64,000 bases of DNA from Balanoglossus misakiensis (lineage: Eukaryota > Animalia > Hemichordata). Both the position numbers and the translations under genes were made by a program. The stretch spans positions 5,196,206 to 5,260,205 of the forward strand of contig CM082587.2 of the NCBI GenBank assembly GCA_040954595.2. The letters are read 5' to 3'. Each line of letters begins with the position of its first letter. Position 1 is the stretch's first letter. Shown here piece by piece: positions 24,801-36,361 of this stretch. A model generated the notes under the pieces. It worked only from the letters and a program-made list of their open reading frames with translations. It was not told the DNA's origin and did no database searches.

Positions 24801-25967
24801 GGTGTCACCGACCAATACGGAAACCCGATCGTCAACCCGGAGACTGACATCTACGGCAACCCGATCAACCAAGAACAAGACCAGTACGGCAACCCCGTCA
24901 ATCAAGAAACGGACATCTATGGAAACCCCGTTGAACCCGGACAGGATCAGAATGAAAACCCACTCAACCCCGAGACAGACCAGTATGGAAACCCCATTAA
25001 TTCCGGAACAGATCAGTACGGCAACCCTCTTAACGCAGAAACTGATATTTACGGCAACCCGATCAACCAGGAACAAGACCAGTACGGCAACCAATTGCAA
25101 GTGAACCAAGCGACGGACGTTTACGGAAACCCGATTTTGCCCGGAGAGGACCAGACTGGATACAACGAGGGCGATGAGTATGGTCGTACGGAAGAACCGG
25201 GTCCAGGGTATCATACCACACAGTCACAGTTAGATAAATTTGTAATTGGGTAAGTAGTCCAAGAAATGCTGCGGCGAATTGCTGACTAGTGGCGCTTCGG
25301 TCAGTGTCTCCTTCGATTAACGGTAAAACCAACATGTCACTGTCCCATCTCGGAGTCTTCCTGTCTTCTTAATGTCACTGTCGAACCATCTGTATGACCT
25401 TTTTACAATTTTCCACTTCAGATGGTACGCGGGAGAGTTTGACGAATGCAGCGCACCGTGCGGGGGTGGCAACCGAACGCGCACCGTCATCTGTGCCCTT
25501 CACAACTCCACCTATCCCATTGAATTGCAAGAAGACGTCTGCTATCGCGACGTCGACGTCCTGGAGAAGCCGCCCACGACTGAAGCCTGCAACGAACATT
25601 CCTGCTTCATGAGTAAGTATATTTCTATTACTTTTTGACCGTTTTGTCACAATTAAGCGTTTTCTTGATATACTGTCAGGCAATGATTGAAAGCATATCC
25701 CAGATTAACTAAAGAATAATTATCCAGTTTTATACAAACACGATTCCTCTCCGCTGAATATTTTTTTTATTTTATTTTTCAGCACACTTTCTTCTAGAGA
25801 ACGATACCATGAAGTTTGGCACTGTAGTGATTGGTCTCGCCTTCTTGGTTCTGGCATCGTTACTAGTGTTCATCGGCATTTACAGGAGGTACAGACCTCA
25901 CGCCTTCTCGTCGAGATCCCACAAGTATGCGCAACTGGCGACGGACTTTGATGGCTCAGATATATAG
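18811..25967 (+). CDS. ADAMTS-like M12B zinc metalloprotease with acidic/DxYGNP repeat region, one TSP1 domain and a C-terminal transmembrane helix (~964 aa)
   Basis: Exons 18811-18912 (signal peptide MTIRCCVMLAAAVCAFAMFGVLTVQG), 19112-19190 (tentative), 20132-20409 (prodomain LLELEANDRLLSPGF), 20691-20832, 21454-21593 (furin site RLKR; YLELAVLAD), 21839-21922 (LYADPSIG), 22281-22405 (HFDAAALITR), 22705-22857 + 23132-23266 (HELGHNLGMRHD, Met-turn YIM, WSNCS), 23520-23679 and 23866-23967 (disintegrin-like PGLIYGSDEQC, PPLDGTSCG), 24231-25249 (WCMGGLCV + repeats), 25422-25612 (TSP1 WYAGEFDECSAPCGGGNRTRTVIC), 25783-25967 (TM + tail). Total 2895 nt, in frame. Confidence 0.88.
23293..23448. mobile_element. 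PIF/Harbinger (Tourist-like) MITE in ADAMTS-like intron
   Basis: TAA|GGGACTGATCAGTTTCTTCGGCC...GGCCGAAGAAACTGACCAGTCCC|TAA: ~27-bp TIR with TAA duplication. A partial second end lies at ~24044-24070. Confidence 0.8.
24471..25133 (+). repeat. Coding tandem repeat: 17 DxYGNP units plus degenerate DQSENP, DQNENP and DQYGNQ units, ~11-aa period
   Basis: Counted in the translation of ORF 24225..25253. The DNA core is GAC-CAR/ATC-TAY-GGN-AAY-CCN with synonymous variation. Confidence 0.95.
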
Positions 25968-27756
25968 ACCCGGCCATAGTTGTATTTTGGGGGAAGTGAA
26001 ACTGTGCTTGGGGCGTCGATCGAACGACAGTTTGTGCAATAATTTATGTCAGGTCCATTTAGGTATACAGTAAGAACGAAATCAAACGGATTCCCCGTGA
26101 AAGGAAGAACTACCCGTAATTAATTGGGCATTATGACAAAATATCGAGTAAGTTAATATATCGGTGTTGTCTACTTATGTCTTTTCGCGCATTTGATCAG
26201 ATTTCAATACCATTGCTACTTTAAAGTGTAAAGAAAAAATCCCAGTAAATCTAGAGTAAGATTTGAAACCAATATATGCTTGAATAAAAACTTAAAATAA
26301 CCAGATATTATTTGGCGACTTGACTTGCTTCCGGTCTCCGAACTGTCGTACCTGTTGAGTATTACAGCTGGGGAATAATTTGAATGATACTTCAAGCGAC
26401 CGACTCACTCATTTTCGCGCATGACTCGAATTTCGACAACATTCCTCTATTTTATCAAAATGCTTATCGCTGCGGCAACATTTCTTGTTAATGTTTAGAA
26501 TATTAAAGGTTGAAAGTCCCATGCTTCATTAATGACTGCTTTCATGCATAGAGGATTTTTTGTATTGTATTAATATTTTGGATTCCCGGGGCTTATATGG
26601 GTTTGAACTTCATATGTAAGACTGTTTTGTACAAATATTGAAATAAATATGATCTACAGAGTACCTTGACATGTGTCATGAGATTAAGTTATGAAATATT
26701 GATTAATTAATATTGTATGGACGCCTCCATGTGCCATCCAAATGTACTCATAAAACGTGTTTGTTCAATTTCCGTTGCGTACTCGATGGTTTGGATGAAA
26801 GTATTGCCTGTAAGCAATACGCCGGAAGTGGAGTGATACGGCCAAATAACTCGTGTGCTAAACGTTTGCTCAGACCATACACCCTTCTCAAACGTATTCG
26901 AAGTTGTTATCGAAGAGATGTTGTCGTGTTTTTGACACTGAATGGCAAATGCAGATATTAAACTTGGTTTTCCCAGATTTAATGAGGTGGAACTATTTTT
27001 TTCAAACTACGTTCGCATCTTGTGCCAAATAGTCTCCGCTTACAAGAGTACAACGTGTGATATTTTTCACGACAAGAGATATGCTAGTCTATAGTCAGGT
27101 TTCCTTTTAACAAAGCTAATTACACAACGAACGTCCATCTTTGTCCTGGTAGTTAATTAGCTCTCTCTCTCTCTCTCAATCATTCGCAGTCGTGTGGAAC
27201 GGCCACGCCACGATGACTCTCCGTGAGCTGAATTCAGATGGCATTGTTTCTCGATTTCGAGTAATGAATTACTGCGTCGGCCACCCTGCCCATTTTTTGA
27301 GACATCAAAGTGCGCATTGGTTTTAATCGACATTTTACAAAAGAGCGCAAACTGGACCGTAAATTGACAATTTTCGCTAATGTTAAAGTGATATAGAAGG
27401 GGTGTGGACAAATAAAAACGGCAAAATGGTGCTGTCTTGGAAACAGACATCCAAACATATCATAGCAGATTGGATTTAGCAAATGGAAACAACTTGAGAA
27501 TGATACAGCTGCTGCAATAAAGTGATGTTCCCAAATACAATAATTATAATATGACCAACTTTAATACGACCATCAGGGTCAATATTGTTGGAACACATCA
27601 TGTTTTAAACATGTTGATTAACCATCCTAAAAGAAATGTATAATTTGACGACATTTGGCATGATTGAAAAGGAAATGCACGGATCATAGTATGTCAGTGA
27701 TAAACATACTGTCAAAGTTTAAAATATCCCCATTCTAGTACACTTCTGGTGGGTTC

Positions 27757-28842
27757 TCAGTCTTCACTGACTGGGCCAGGGCTCTCGCTGACGTCAGGGT
27801 AAAGAAAACTGTAGTCGCCGCCATCGTCGTCCTCGTTTTGCTTCGCCCGTTTGGCGCGACGGTGCCACGTGTAGACAGCGACGATGGCCGAGCTGAGAAT
27901 GATGAGCAGCGCGCCGGTGAGGTCGACGGCGGTCGGCCTCTCCTTGTAGACCATGAAGTCGAGCAGGTACGCCATGACCAGCTGGATGTTGGCCAGCAGC
28001 ACGACCGTGGTGGCCTCCTCCAGCTGGAGACTGCGGAAGCGGAGCCACGTTCCCAGGGTGTTGGCCACGATCATGGCCAGGAAGGCCAAGACTATCGGGG
28101 TCTGCGGCTTCCACACGGGAGGCTCGAATATCGCGCACAGAAAGAGGGCGAAAATTGCACCGATCGCGACCTTGTAGAACGAAAGCATTAGCAGACTCAC
28201 TCGCTGGCCTATCACCCGCGCCAGTATACATATAACGGAGAACGCCAGCGCGCCGAGAAACGCATAGAGGTACCCGATGGGGTACTGCGCGCCTCTGTTC
28301 TCGGCGCCGCGGCCGAAAATAAATGTGGGCTGCGTGATGAGAACGATACCTGCCAGGTTCACAGCCGTTCCTATGGTATCGACGACGGTGAAAAACTCGC
28401 GGAGGAACACGCAGGCCAGCACGGGCGTCATGATCGGCATGGCTCCGTGGATGACGGCGATGACATTGCTGATGGGCAGCCGAGAAAGAGCGTTCAGGAG
28501 GGCCACGTACCCCGATGTCCAAATCACGCCGACGCTGACCAGAAGGACTCCGTCCACCAGGGACCGGGGCTTCAGCGCCGTCCGGTAGTACAGCAAGGGG
28601 GGAACCATGGCGACGGTCATCCCCAGGTCGGCCGTGAATATAATCTGCAGGTCCGGGATGCCGCTCTGTCCGAGGAACTGAAACAGCAGCGCCACGAAAG
28701 CGAAAAAGACCCCGGACATGAGGGCAGCTCCAGCCCCCTGGACGGTGACCCAAACGGCCTTGGCAGTTTGTGAGCAGGACGCCGCGGGCCCCGGCGACTC
28801 GTCTTCTGCAAGCCATGTTATCGGCGGCGACTTCGAAAACAT
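27757..28842 (-). CDS. SLC35G-like EamA/DMT transporter, intronless CDS, 361 aa
   Basis: About 10 hydrophobic helices in two EamA repeats (PIMTPVLACVFLRE; GIVLITQPTFIFG; LQLEEATTVVL; ERPTAVDLTGALLII). GC3-rich codon usage. Confidence 0.85.
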   Translation of the reverse strand: MFSKSPPITWLAEDESPGPAASCSQTAKAVWVTVQGAGAALMSGVFFAFVALLFQFLGQSGIPDLQIIFTADLGMTVAMVPPLLYYRTALKPRSLVDGVLLVSVGVIWTSGYVALLNALSRLPISNVIAVIHGAMPIMTPVLACVFLREFFTVVDTIGTAVNLAGIVLITQPTFIFGRGAENRGAQYPIGYLYAFLGALAFSVICILARVIGQRVSLLMLSFYKVAIGAIFALFLCAIFEPPVWKPQTPIVLAFLAMIVANTLGTWLRFRSLQLEEATTVVLLANIQLVMAYLLDFMVYKERPTAVDLTGALLIILSSAIVAVYTWHRRAKRAKQNEDDDGGDYSFLYPDVSESPGPVSED

Positions 28843-29477
28843 GTTTTTTTAAACACTTTCTTAATAGCTCAGGCGTCAGTGTAGTTTCCAAACGGCAATG
28901 CATCAACTGTAGTACAGTCCCTTCACGCTTCGTCTCATTCGCTTGTTGATCGAAACCCAGCTTCTTTTTTCTTGACAATTAGCTCAAAAAGCTTGTGCGC
29001 TTCACCTGTTGCATTCCCTCTTCCGTCTCCACTGGAACAAAAGACGCATCTGAAAAAATAACTCGATCGTTCGAAAAACGAGAATGCGTTATGTGGGTGT
29101 AGGCAGTCTGAAATAACCCAACTGTCCCACACAACCGGACTTCAACATCATTAATGACAGCACACAAACCCACTTCAGGCAATTAACTTGATGAAAAAAA
29201 AACACAATAAGTATTCAACCGTGAAAATTTTTCTCCTATTGTTTTTAATTCACAGAGCGCGGTAGCAATATATTACTGCGTGTGAACACTGGAGACAGGA
29301 GAACGCACTCCATTATTCGAGCAAATTAAAAGCTTTTGTTCCTCCACAGACCAAAGGGCAGCTCTTAACCATTAATTTTCCTAATTTGGGTACCATAGCA
29401 ATATCAATTATATTTCCAATTGATAAAACTGAAGCAAAACGCAGTCAACATCGTCCCATCCAAGTATTACCATTGAC

Positions 29478-32400
29478 TCAGTTTCCATCCAATATGGCCG
29501 CCGTCAATGCTTGCAGATCCTCCACCACTGCTTCAACAGACACTGTGTACGAGAGACGAAAGCAAACGAAAGGTACATCAGTTTATGATGACTACCGGTA
29601 AATCAGTTATGAGACAAAGGAGTTACAATGTACTGAAATATTAACATGGTAAAAATGCGATAGATGGATAAATTTTTCAACTTGTCCATGAAGCAGTTCA
29701 TGACAGTTCAAGATTCACAGCAATTCACTGAAGAAGGCAGAAGACTAGATGATTTTGAGATGTATTGCTGTAAGTCTGGAGTGCCTACCTTCATTAGACG
29801 AGACCGACACTGTTTCTGTGGCCTTTCCTGTATCCCTCTGCTGTGTGACATTTTCTGGTGACACGGCGCTTGCTCTGGCCCCTTTGTATTTGCCAATCAG
29901 ACCCTCTTGACGCAGTGTTGCCTAGTGGAGAAATGAGGGGCATATACGTCCATTTCAGTGCACTGTTCTTGGACCAAGTTCGAAAGAAATTGGTTCATGC
30001 ATGTCTGTGTATATCTCAATATCCTACCACCTCTTTTGGGATCATCTTACCATCAACAAGTTCCTGTCTTTATCAGAATCTTTCAGCTGCTTCTGTAGTT
30101 TATCGAGCTGAGTCTGACAACTCTCCTCCTGGCTCTTCAGTTTTTCGTTGTGTCTTTCTTTTTCTCTTGACAACTGACGTTCCATCTGCCTTAGAGAAAC
30201 CACTGTGGAGAATTTATGTACAAGTTAAATATCAGTACATCCATTTCTGACAACCCAACACATCAACAGAAAAGGCAAAACCACATGCCAAAAAACATCT
30301 CAAGATATTGACTCTGTCCAACACACAGCACTAAAAATTAACATTTTCCCATCAAATTGCATTGTCTTCCTTGTATGAAATCTACACTCATGCAAAAATA
30401 TTAATTTTTTATATCATGCTAGTATTCCAACATGCAATGCCGATATATTGCATGTGATTTATAAACATTTTTTTTTTTTTCAAAATGCTACATGTGCAAG
30501 AATAAAAAGTCAGGATTTATTAACGATCACTAAAATTTACAAAACAGTTACAAACCTGCTTTTGTGTGTTCCCTTCTGACTTCATTCAGTCTCTTCTCCA
30601 TCTCTGCCAGTTTCTCCACGTACTTGGCACTCACGGCATTGCATTTCTCCTCTGTAACTGCACACAACATGAACACAAATACAATGAACATACCAATTGC
30701 CAGACAGAACGCAGAGATTTACAGATCTCTTCATCTGATATAGAAGTATGCGTGAATTTTTTTACCTCTTTCCATGGCAACTTGTTCTTTTGCAAGTTGG
30801 GTTTTCAAAGTCTCGATCGTCTCTCTCGCTTCTTGTACCTCGTCGTCAGCTCTTGTCAGCCTTTCATTCAAGTCTCCGATTCTCTGAAAGTAAGACATCA
30901 GACAGAATTAATCAAAGCACAGAAGACGCAGTATGTTCATGTGCCAAATTCGACCGAAATCAGGTTAGACATGAAAGAACATAGTGGTGGCAAAAATCAG
31001 GGAGATTGTGTGACGTGGGCTGATTACCTGTGATTTTTCCATTAACAATGCTTTCTGCTCTTCCACAGTGCTGATCACATCTTTGGACTGTTGTTCGTCT
31101 GAAAAGAAATTTACCATCATCATACATGGAATAAAGCCCTCACATCGAAATGGACCGAGTAAATTGGAGGCATTTGCACAAGTAGAACAGTAAACTGAAC
31201 CACATACATGCACTGGAGGTCAATGCAATGAGACAACTACATGTAGTTTAACCCTTCCACCACCATCAAGGTTGGACCTCTATAGAGGGAACTGGTGACA
31301 AGCCATCACTTACATTTCTGCTTGGCACTTGACACCTGCTGTTGTATCAGCTGGTTGTCTTGGTGTATCTGTTGTGCCAGCCGGTCTCTCTCCCTGGTCA
31401 CTAGTTCCAGCTCTGCCACAAGCCGCTCATTCTCCAAACTTAAAAAAAATAATAAGAAATCACAAAATCACAATCACTTTTCAGGCAAATATTACCCAAC
31501 ACAACCTGGTGCAATTAACTGACCAATGAACGTTACACTCTCGCATATTACGTAACATGTGGTGAACATATTCAGATTTCTCACCTGGGCGACGCCCTGT
31601 CAGCGTCTTTGGTGACATCACGTTCAGTTTGTTGGTTGAGCGCTTCCTCCAGCTTCATCTTCCACAGTGTCTCCTTCCTGACCAGCAGCCCTGAGTGTCA
31701 GAAGGAGGTCAGAAGTTTATCATTAACAGAGATTCAAAGTGTATGCATGCCAGGTAGGCTGGTGAACTGTGGTGGTGTAAATATAGATTGGAGCTCAGGC
31801 TGGGCTCTGGATTTGAATGCACAGTGCCACCAGTGGTAGAAATGGAAAAAAGCAGAGTCCAGTGAAGAGTATATACGAGTCTTATACCCAACACCACAGT
31901 TTGCCAGCCAACCATGCACACACACTCACACACTCACACACATATATATACAAGATATCGAAAAATTTACACGTAGACTTAAGCACAATATACAATACAC
32001 TACATCATGTGAAAGCACTGTGTCTCTTGGCATTGGTCCTACCTTGTAACATTTGGATTCTACCGCAGGCAAAGTCGACTCTCTTTTCATAGGAAACCAG
32101 TTTCGTAAATGCAGCTTGCAGTGTACTCTCCATGTCGCCGTTTCTTTCCACAACACTGTTGGAGGGGAAAATATGATGATAATTATAGGTGAGGTGACAG
32201 AAAGCGCTGAACAGACACTCAGCATTTGCCAGTACCCTCTGAACGGAAAATCATTTGAAGACCTGAGGTGATTCGAAACCTGCCACGGGCACATACCTGG
32301 CTACGAAGCTCTTCATACCATCAAGCACATGCTCACTTTCTTGCAACTTGACATCCAAGATGTTGGCGATTTCTTGAACCGAGGAGAACTCCTCCTGGAG

Positions 32401-35400
32401 AGCCTGTCAAGGTAGGAGGACAAAAAATTATCAATTTTAGGAATAAGTATCTTAGTAAAAGCAATCCTGATGGTTGTAGGCGGGTGATTTGATTGTTAAA
32501 ATGTTGCATATTTTCCCCCAGGGTGTGAGTTTGCCTCCAACCTTCCCACTGAGTGTTAAGGTGCCATCACAAATTAATATTGTCTTCCTCTTCTTCTTCT
32601 TACCTTATATTTTGATAGCTGCATCTGGATCTCGGCATCTTTGTCTCGGAGTGCATGCTGCAACACCGAGCACTCATTACGACAGCTAGAAAGTTCTTCC
32701 TCCAGTCTCTTAATCTGGTAGAAGATACGTATACACACAAGACATACAGATCAACACCATGATATTGACTTCACTTGATTTTATTTTATTTGACTGGGAC
32801 AGAGAAAAATAGTGTGAATGACAAACTGCCACCCTATTTCACTGTGTGATGAAATAATTCTGAATCTCACCTGTGTTCTGTAGTTGAAATCATCTTTCTT
32901 GTTGACTATCTCTTGAGACTTTTGTTGCACCAGCAATCCAAACACTTTTTCTCGCCACCTACGAATGAGATTTTTTTTATTTCTCAGGCAAGATGCACCA
33001 AGCCCAAAAAAATATTAACCCACTGCTCTGTGACCAAGTGATGACCTATGGTATCATTTGGAAGTTTTTTCAAGGAGCAATCAAAGGATTTAATGTAAAT
33101 TTGTGTCTTTTCTTTGTCTTTGAAGACTGCACTATACCTGACACGAAACTATGATTTTCCAACTTGGTTGTGACAATGCTCTACTTACTTGTTCAACAGG
33201 CTCTGTGTTTTCTTGTTGCCGCTGTCCAAAATCTCAGCTTTGTTCTGAAAATTCACCAGAGTATCACTGTCAATGTTAGGTGTAACACATTCACACTATG
33301 GAAAATAAGGTATAGTTATTACCATGGCAAATCGAGATCTAGCCAATCACAGATTTTCAGTGGATGGCACGTGCGAAAAAAGAGAGCCATCATATGTTCT
33401 TGCGAACGCTCAAATATGCCATTTCAGCCATATATGGGCGTATCGTATGTAAATTGAAGGTGACTGTATACTTTTAAGTCCAACCAGTTTTGAGACCCAC
33501 CTACCTTACTCAGTTCAGTTTCTTGTATTGACAGTATTTCATTGACAGATGACAGACGGATATTTAACAGCTGAATGGTAGATTGCATATTGTCATTGTC
33601 TTTTTGGGTTTCCTTGAAAAAATACAGGAAACAATTTTAGTTTTAGTATTTTGGTTATGTTGTTTATTTCAACTAGATGTAGATATTTAAACACATTCAA
33701 ATGATACTCACTTCAATTTTCTTTTCCAGTTTCTGTTTTTCTAATTTCCAAGCAGCACTAGCTGTCGTGTTTGGTCCTGTATCTCCCAAGTATGTCTTCA
33801 GCTGAGTCACTTGTAACTGTAAACTTTCAGCTTCAGAGTTCTTGATGCTGTTTTAAAAAAAGACAGGGAAATAAATTGTCCTGTGTATCAACAACACATT
33901 TGTACCACAGGTGACACTAACTTATTCAATCACACTCACCTCAATTGATGCTGTAATGATTCAACATCGTTTTGACAATCTCTTTCCTGTTTGTCCAGTC
34001 TGTCTCGCAAGTCCCTGACCTCACTCTGGTGAGCGCGTTTAGACGATTCCAGCTCTTGGCTCAAATTTGCAATCCTCTCAGTCTGTTCCCGTGTCTCGGC
34101 ATCACGCTGCGATCGAAGCTGCATCAGCTGTATAGAAACAGAATAAATCATGTTTAATGGAGCCAAAGAAAAGTGTGTTGCTCAGCTCATTGGGACATGA
34201 CGATTCATAAAAGACTTCAGATTTTGGTTTCCAATGGAAACTTTGGTGGATATGTGCAATACAATCCCAACTAAAACAAACACGTACCTCTTTCTGGTAG
34301 GACTCCTCAGAGGCCGTAACCTGACTCTCCAGTTCCACGATTCTGCGACTGTACTCGAACTCGCTCTTCGTCAACATCTCCTGCAGTTCTCGCATCTCTC
34401 TGGTGTGCTGCTGGGCAGCTGCCCGCCACTCCACTTTCAGCTGTGCGATCTGAGTGGCCTGCTGGGTGATGACATCACTGCTCTGCTGCAGCTGGAAGTT
34501 GTCGGCTGGCCGCCCGGTCTGGTGAATGTCGACCCTGGCCTTGATCTCCTGAGGACATACAAGACACACAAGACCTTTAGATCTATGCCATTAAGCGGAA
34601 ATCTGGTGAAATTCTTAGTGACTGCACACACCCCCTCATATGTATTGGAAAGCAGACAACTAGCTTACCTCACCAGAAGGGAACATAACATGTCTTGTGT
34701 CTCTGAAGAAAAAAATTAACATCATCATTATTAAAATTAGTACTATTATTAGTTAATTATTCATTGAAGTAACCTCTAAAACCATTAATTTTTGTGGACA
34801 AGTATCAACGATTTTACAAGTTTAAATTATATCCTACTTCAACCTCTGGTTTTCCAACTTCAGTTCCAGGATTTGCTGTGTCGCGTCAGCTAGTGCATGA
34901 TATGGATCACTTGATTTTAGTTTCTGGAAAGTGGATGGTGGTTTCAGGTCTGACCTTTTCCCATCCTTTACAAGAACCCCTGAGGAGAGAGAAAAACACT
35001 GGCGATAGTTGCAATGATTGTCAGTTTCACTGACAGTTGGTGGTGCATCATCCATTGTTGAGCTAGCAATGTACTGTAACTCGAACATCTTTACATGCAC
35101 TGTACTGACTACTGTCAGTTTCAGTCCTGTCAAACCCGGAAGTAAACAAACAGCAATCTGCTGGACTTTGGCATAAATGTCACGCAACAACTCGACACTA
35201 ATGAAAATTTGGATACATCAGACAAAAGATTGATTCACGTTGTTTGATACTGCCATAATATTACAAGTGTTCACCCGTGCTAATATCAAAGCAGAAAAAA
35301 AGTGTTTACATACAAGTCTTGACTTGCAAAAAGCGAAACGCTGAGACTGACTACAGCTTCGGATGTTTCGCTTCAATTCTGCTTACTGTTCACGAACCTT

Positions 35401-35555
35401 TGGCAATGTTTACATGACGTGATTTACTTCATGTTATACTACCTACTTCACTTCATATATTTCTTTAAAACAAGTTTTAAATTGGCACATAGTACATACA
35501 ATGTACCTCGACTCGACGATGCGAAGTGAGATGGAGGATTCAAACTGGCCGCCAT
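29478..35555 (-). CDS. CCHCR1: Coiled-coil alpha-helical rod protein 1 ortholog, ~20 exons
   Basis: Exons 35507-35555 (MAASLNPPSHF), 34838-34979, 34669-34702, 34288-34548, 33940-34127, 33712-33847 (QLKTYLG...WKLEKQKL), 33505-33612 (IQLLNIRLSSVNEILSIQETEL), 33189-33244, 32871-32958 (WREKVFGLLVQ), 32604-32714, 32297-32403, 32043-32155, ~31585-31690, ~31314-31437, ~31028-31097, ~30764-30882, ~30556-30657 (RREHTKA), ~30028-30202 (VVSLRQMER), ~29789-29921 (ATLRQEGL), 29478-29542 (EDLQALTAAI). Motifs match recalled human CCHCR1 (PPSHF, WREKVFAL, RREHAKAVVSLRQ, ATLQQEGL). Confidence 0.88.
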
Positions 35556-35668
35556 CTTGGATTACGAGATTTGGCGAATTCTCGCAAATGACGTTATTTG
35601 ATGATACGTACATGTACGTGAGAAGGGCCAGGGGGCGGCTCAGTATTGTGGCTTTTATTGCAGTGAAG
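35546..35668. promoter_or_regulatory. Putative bidirectional promoter for CCHCR1/GPCPD1, with YY1-type motif and probable non-coding GPCPD1 exon 1
   Basis: GCCGCCATCTTG (CAAGATGGCGGC on - strand) overlaps the CCHCR1 ATG. A strong + strand donor AAG|GTAAGC at 35668 lies upstream of the GPCPD1 ATG exon. Confidence 0.5.
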
Positions 35669-36361
35669 GTAAGCTTTGTGATTTTAAAACTGTGTGGAGT
35701 GACCGTGTAAAGTTGGTAAGAGTTTATGCTGTTCGATCGAGTCGTAGCACTGCAGACTGACACCACATACCACAGGCTCTGGAATACTAACTGGGGCCTG
35801 ATGATCAGCTGATCCCAGTGGTATTCCAGAGACTGTGTCCAGGGTCAATATGTTGTAACACAAGCCCGGGGATCATAAAAGTTGTGTGTGTGGGGCGTGA
35901 TCACCGTTCCTTTCCCTGCTGTCAGGCGCCGCCACTGAATGGAATGACACCACATTCTCGCCGAATACACTGAGAAAGCTTGTACTGAACCCGATGGTAC
36001 GACTGTATCAAAACAATATGTCAGGGGGTGCCTCTCATAGTGCTTGTTGTGTATATGTTTGGCTAGCAAACCAACAGTGCCACTGGATATAATATAGGGT
36101 TATTCACAAAATATGAGCAGTGACCCAGGCTTTGCTAATAGTTGGCAACGTCGTTGCCATGGCAACGTCCAATCAGTGGTATATTACATAAGGTGATGGC
36201 TATCCTGTTGATATTTACAAAGTTTCCTTCATTTCACTTTGTCTGTATATATTCTTTTCCCCCCAGATGAAGCTTTTATAAATGTCCTTTTGGTTCTTTG
36301 ATGGTGGATCCCACTTTTGTTTGTTGCATAAAAAATTGAGGGACTGGAACTCAAGATTAAG

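Noticed and set aside
24471-25133. Regular repeat-spacer pattern resembling a CRISPR array
   Set aside because: The ~33-bp period is too short, variation is at synonymous positions, and it lies in a spliced eukaryotic exon.
24168-25214. 348-aa hydrophobic ORF on the - strand
   Set aside because: Antisense shadow of the DxYGNP repeat exon. The + frame has splice sites and continues the protease.
27757-28842. Horizontal transfer of a bacterial EamA gene
   Set aside because: Motifs such as LITQPTFIFG and LQLEEA fit the animal SLC35G family, and similar GC3-rich exons occur in neighbouring host genes.
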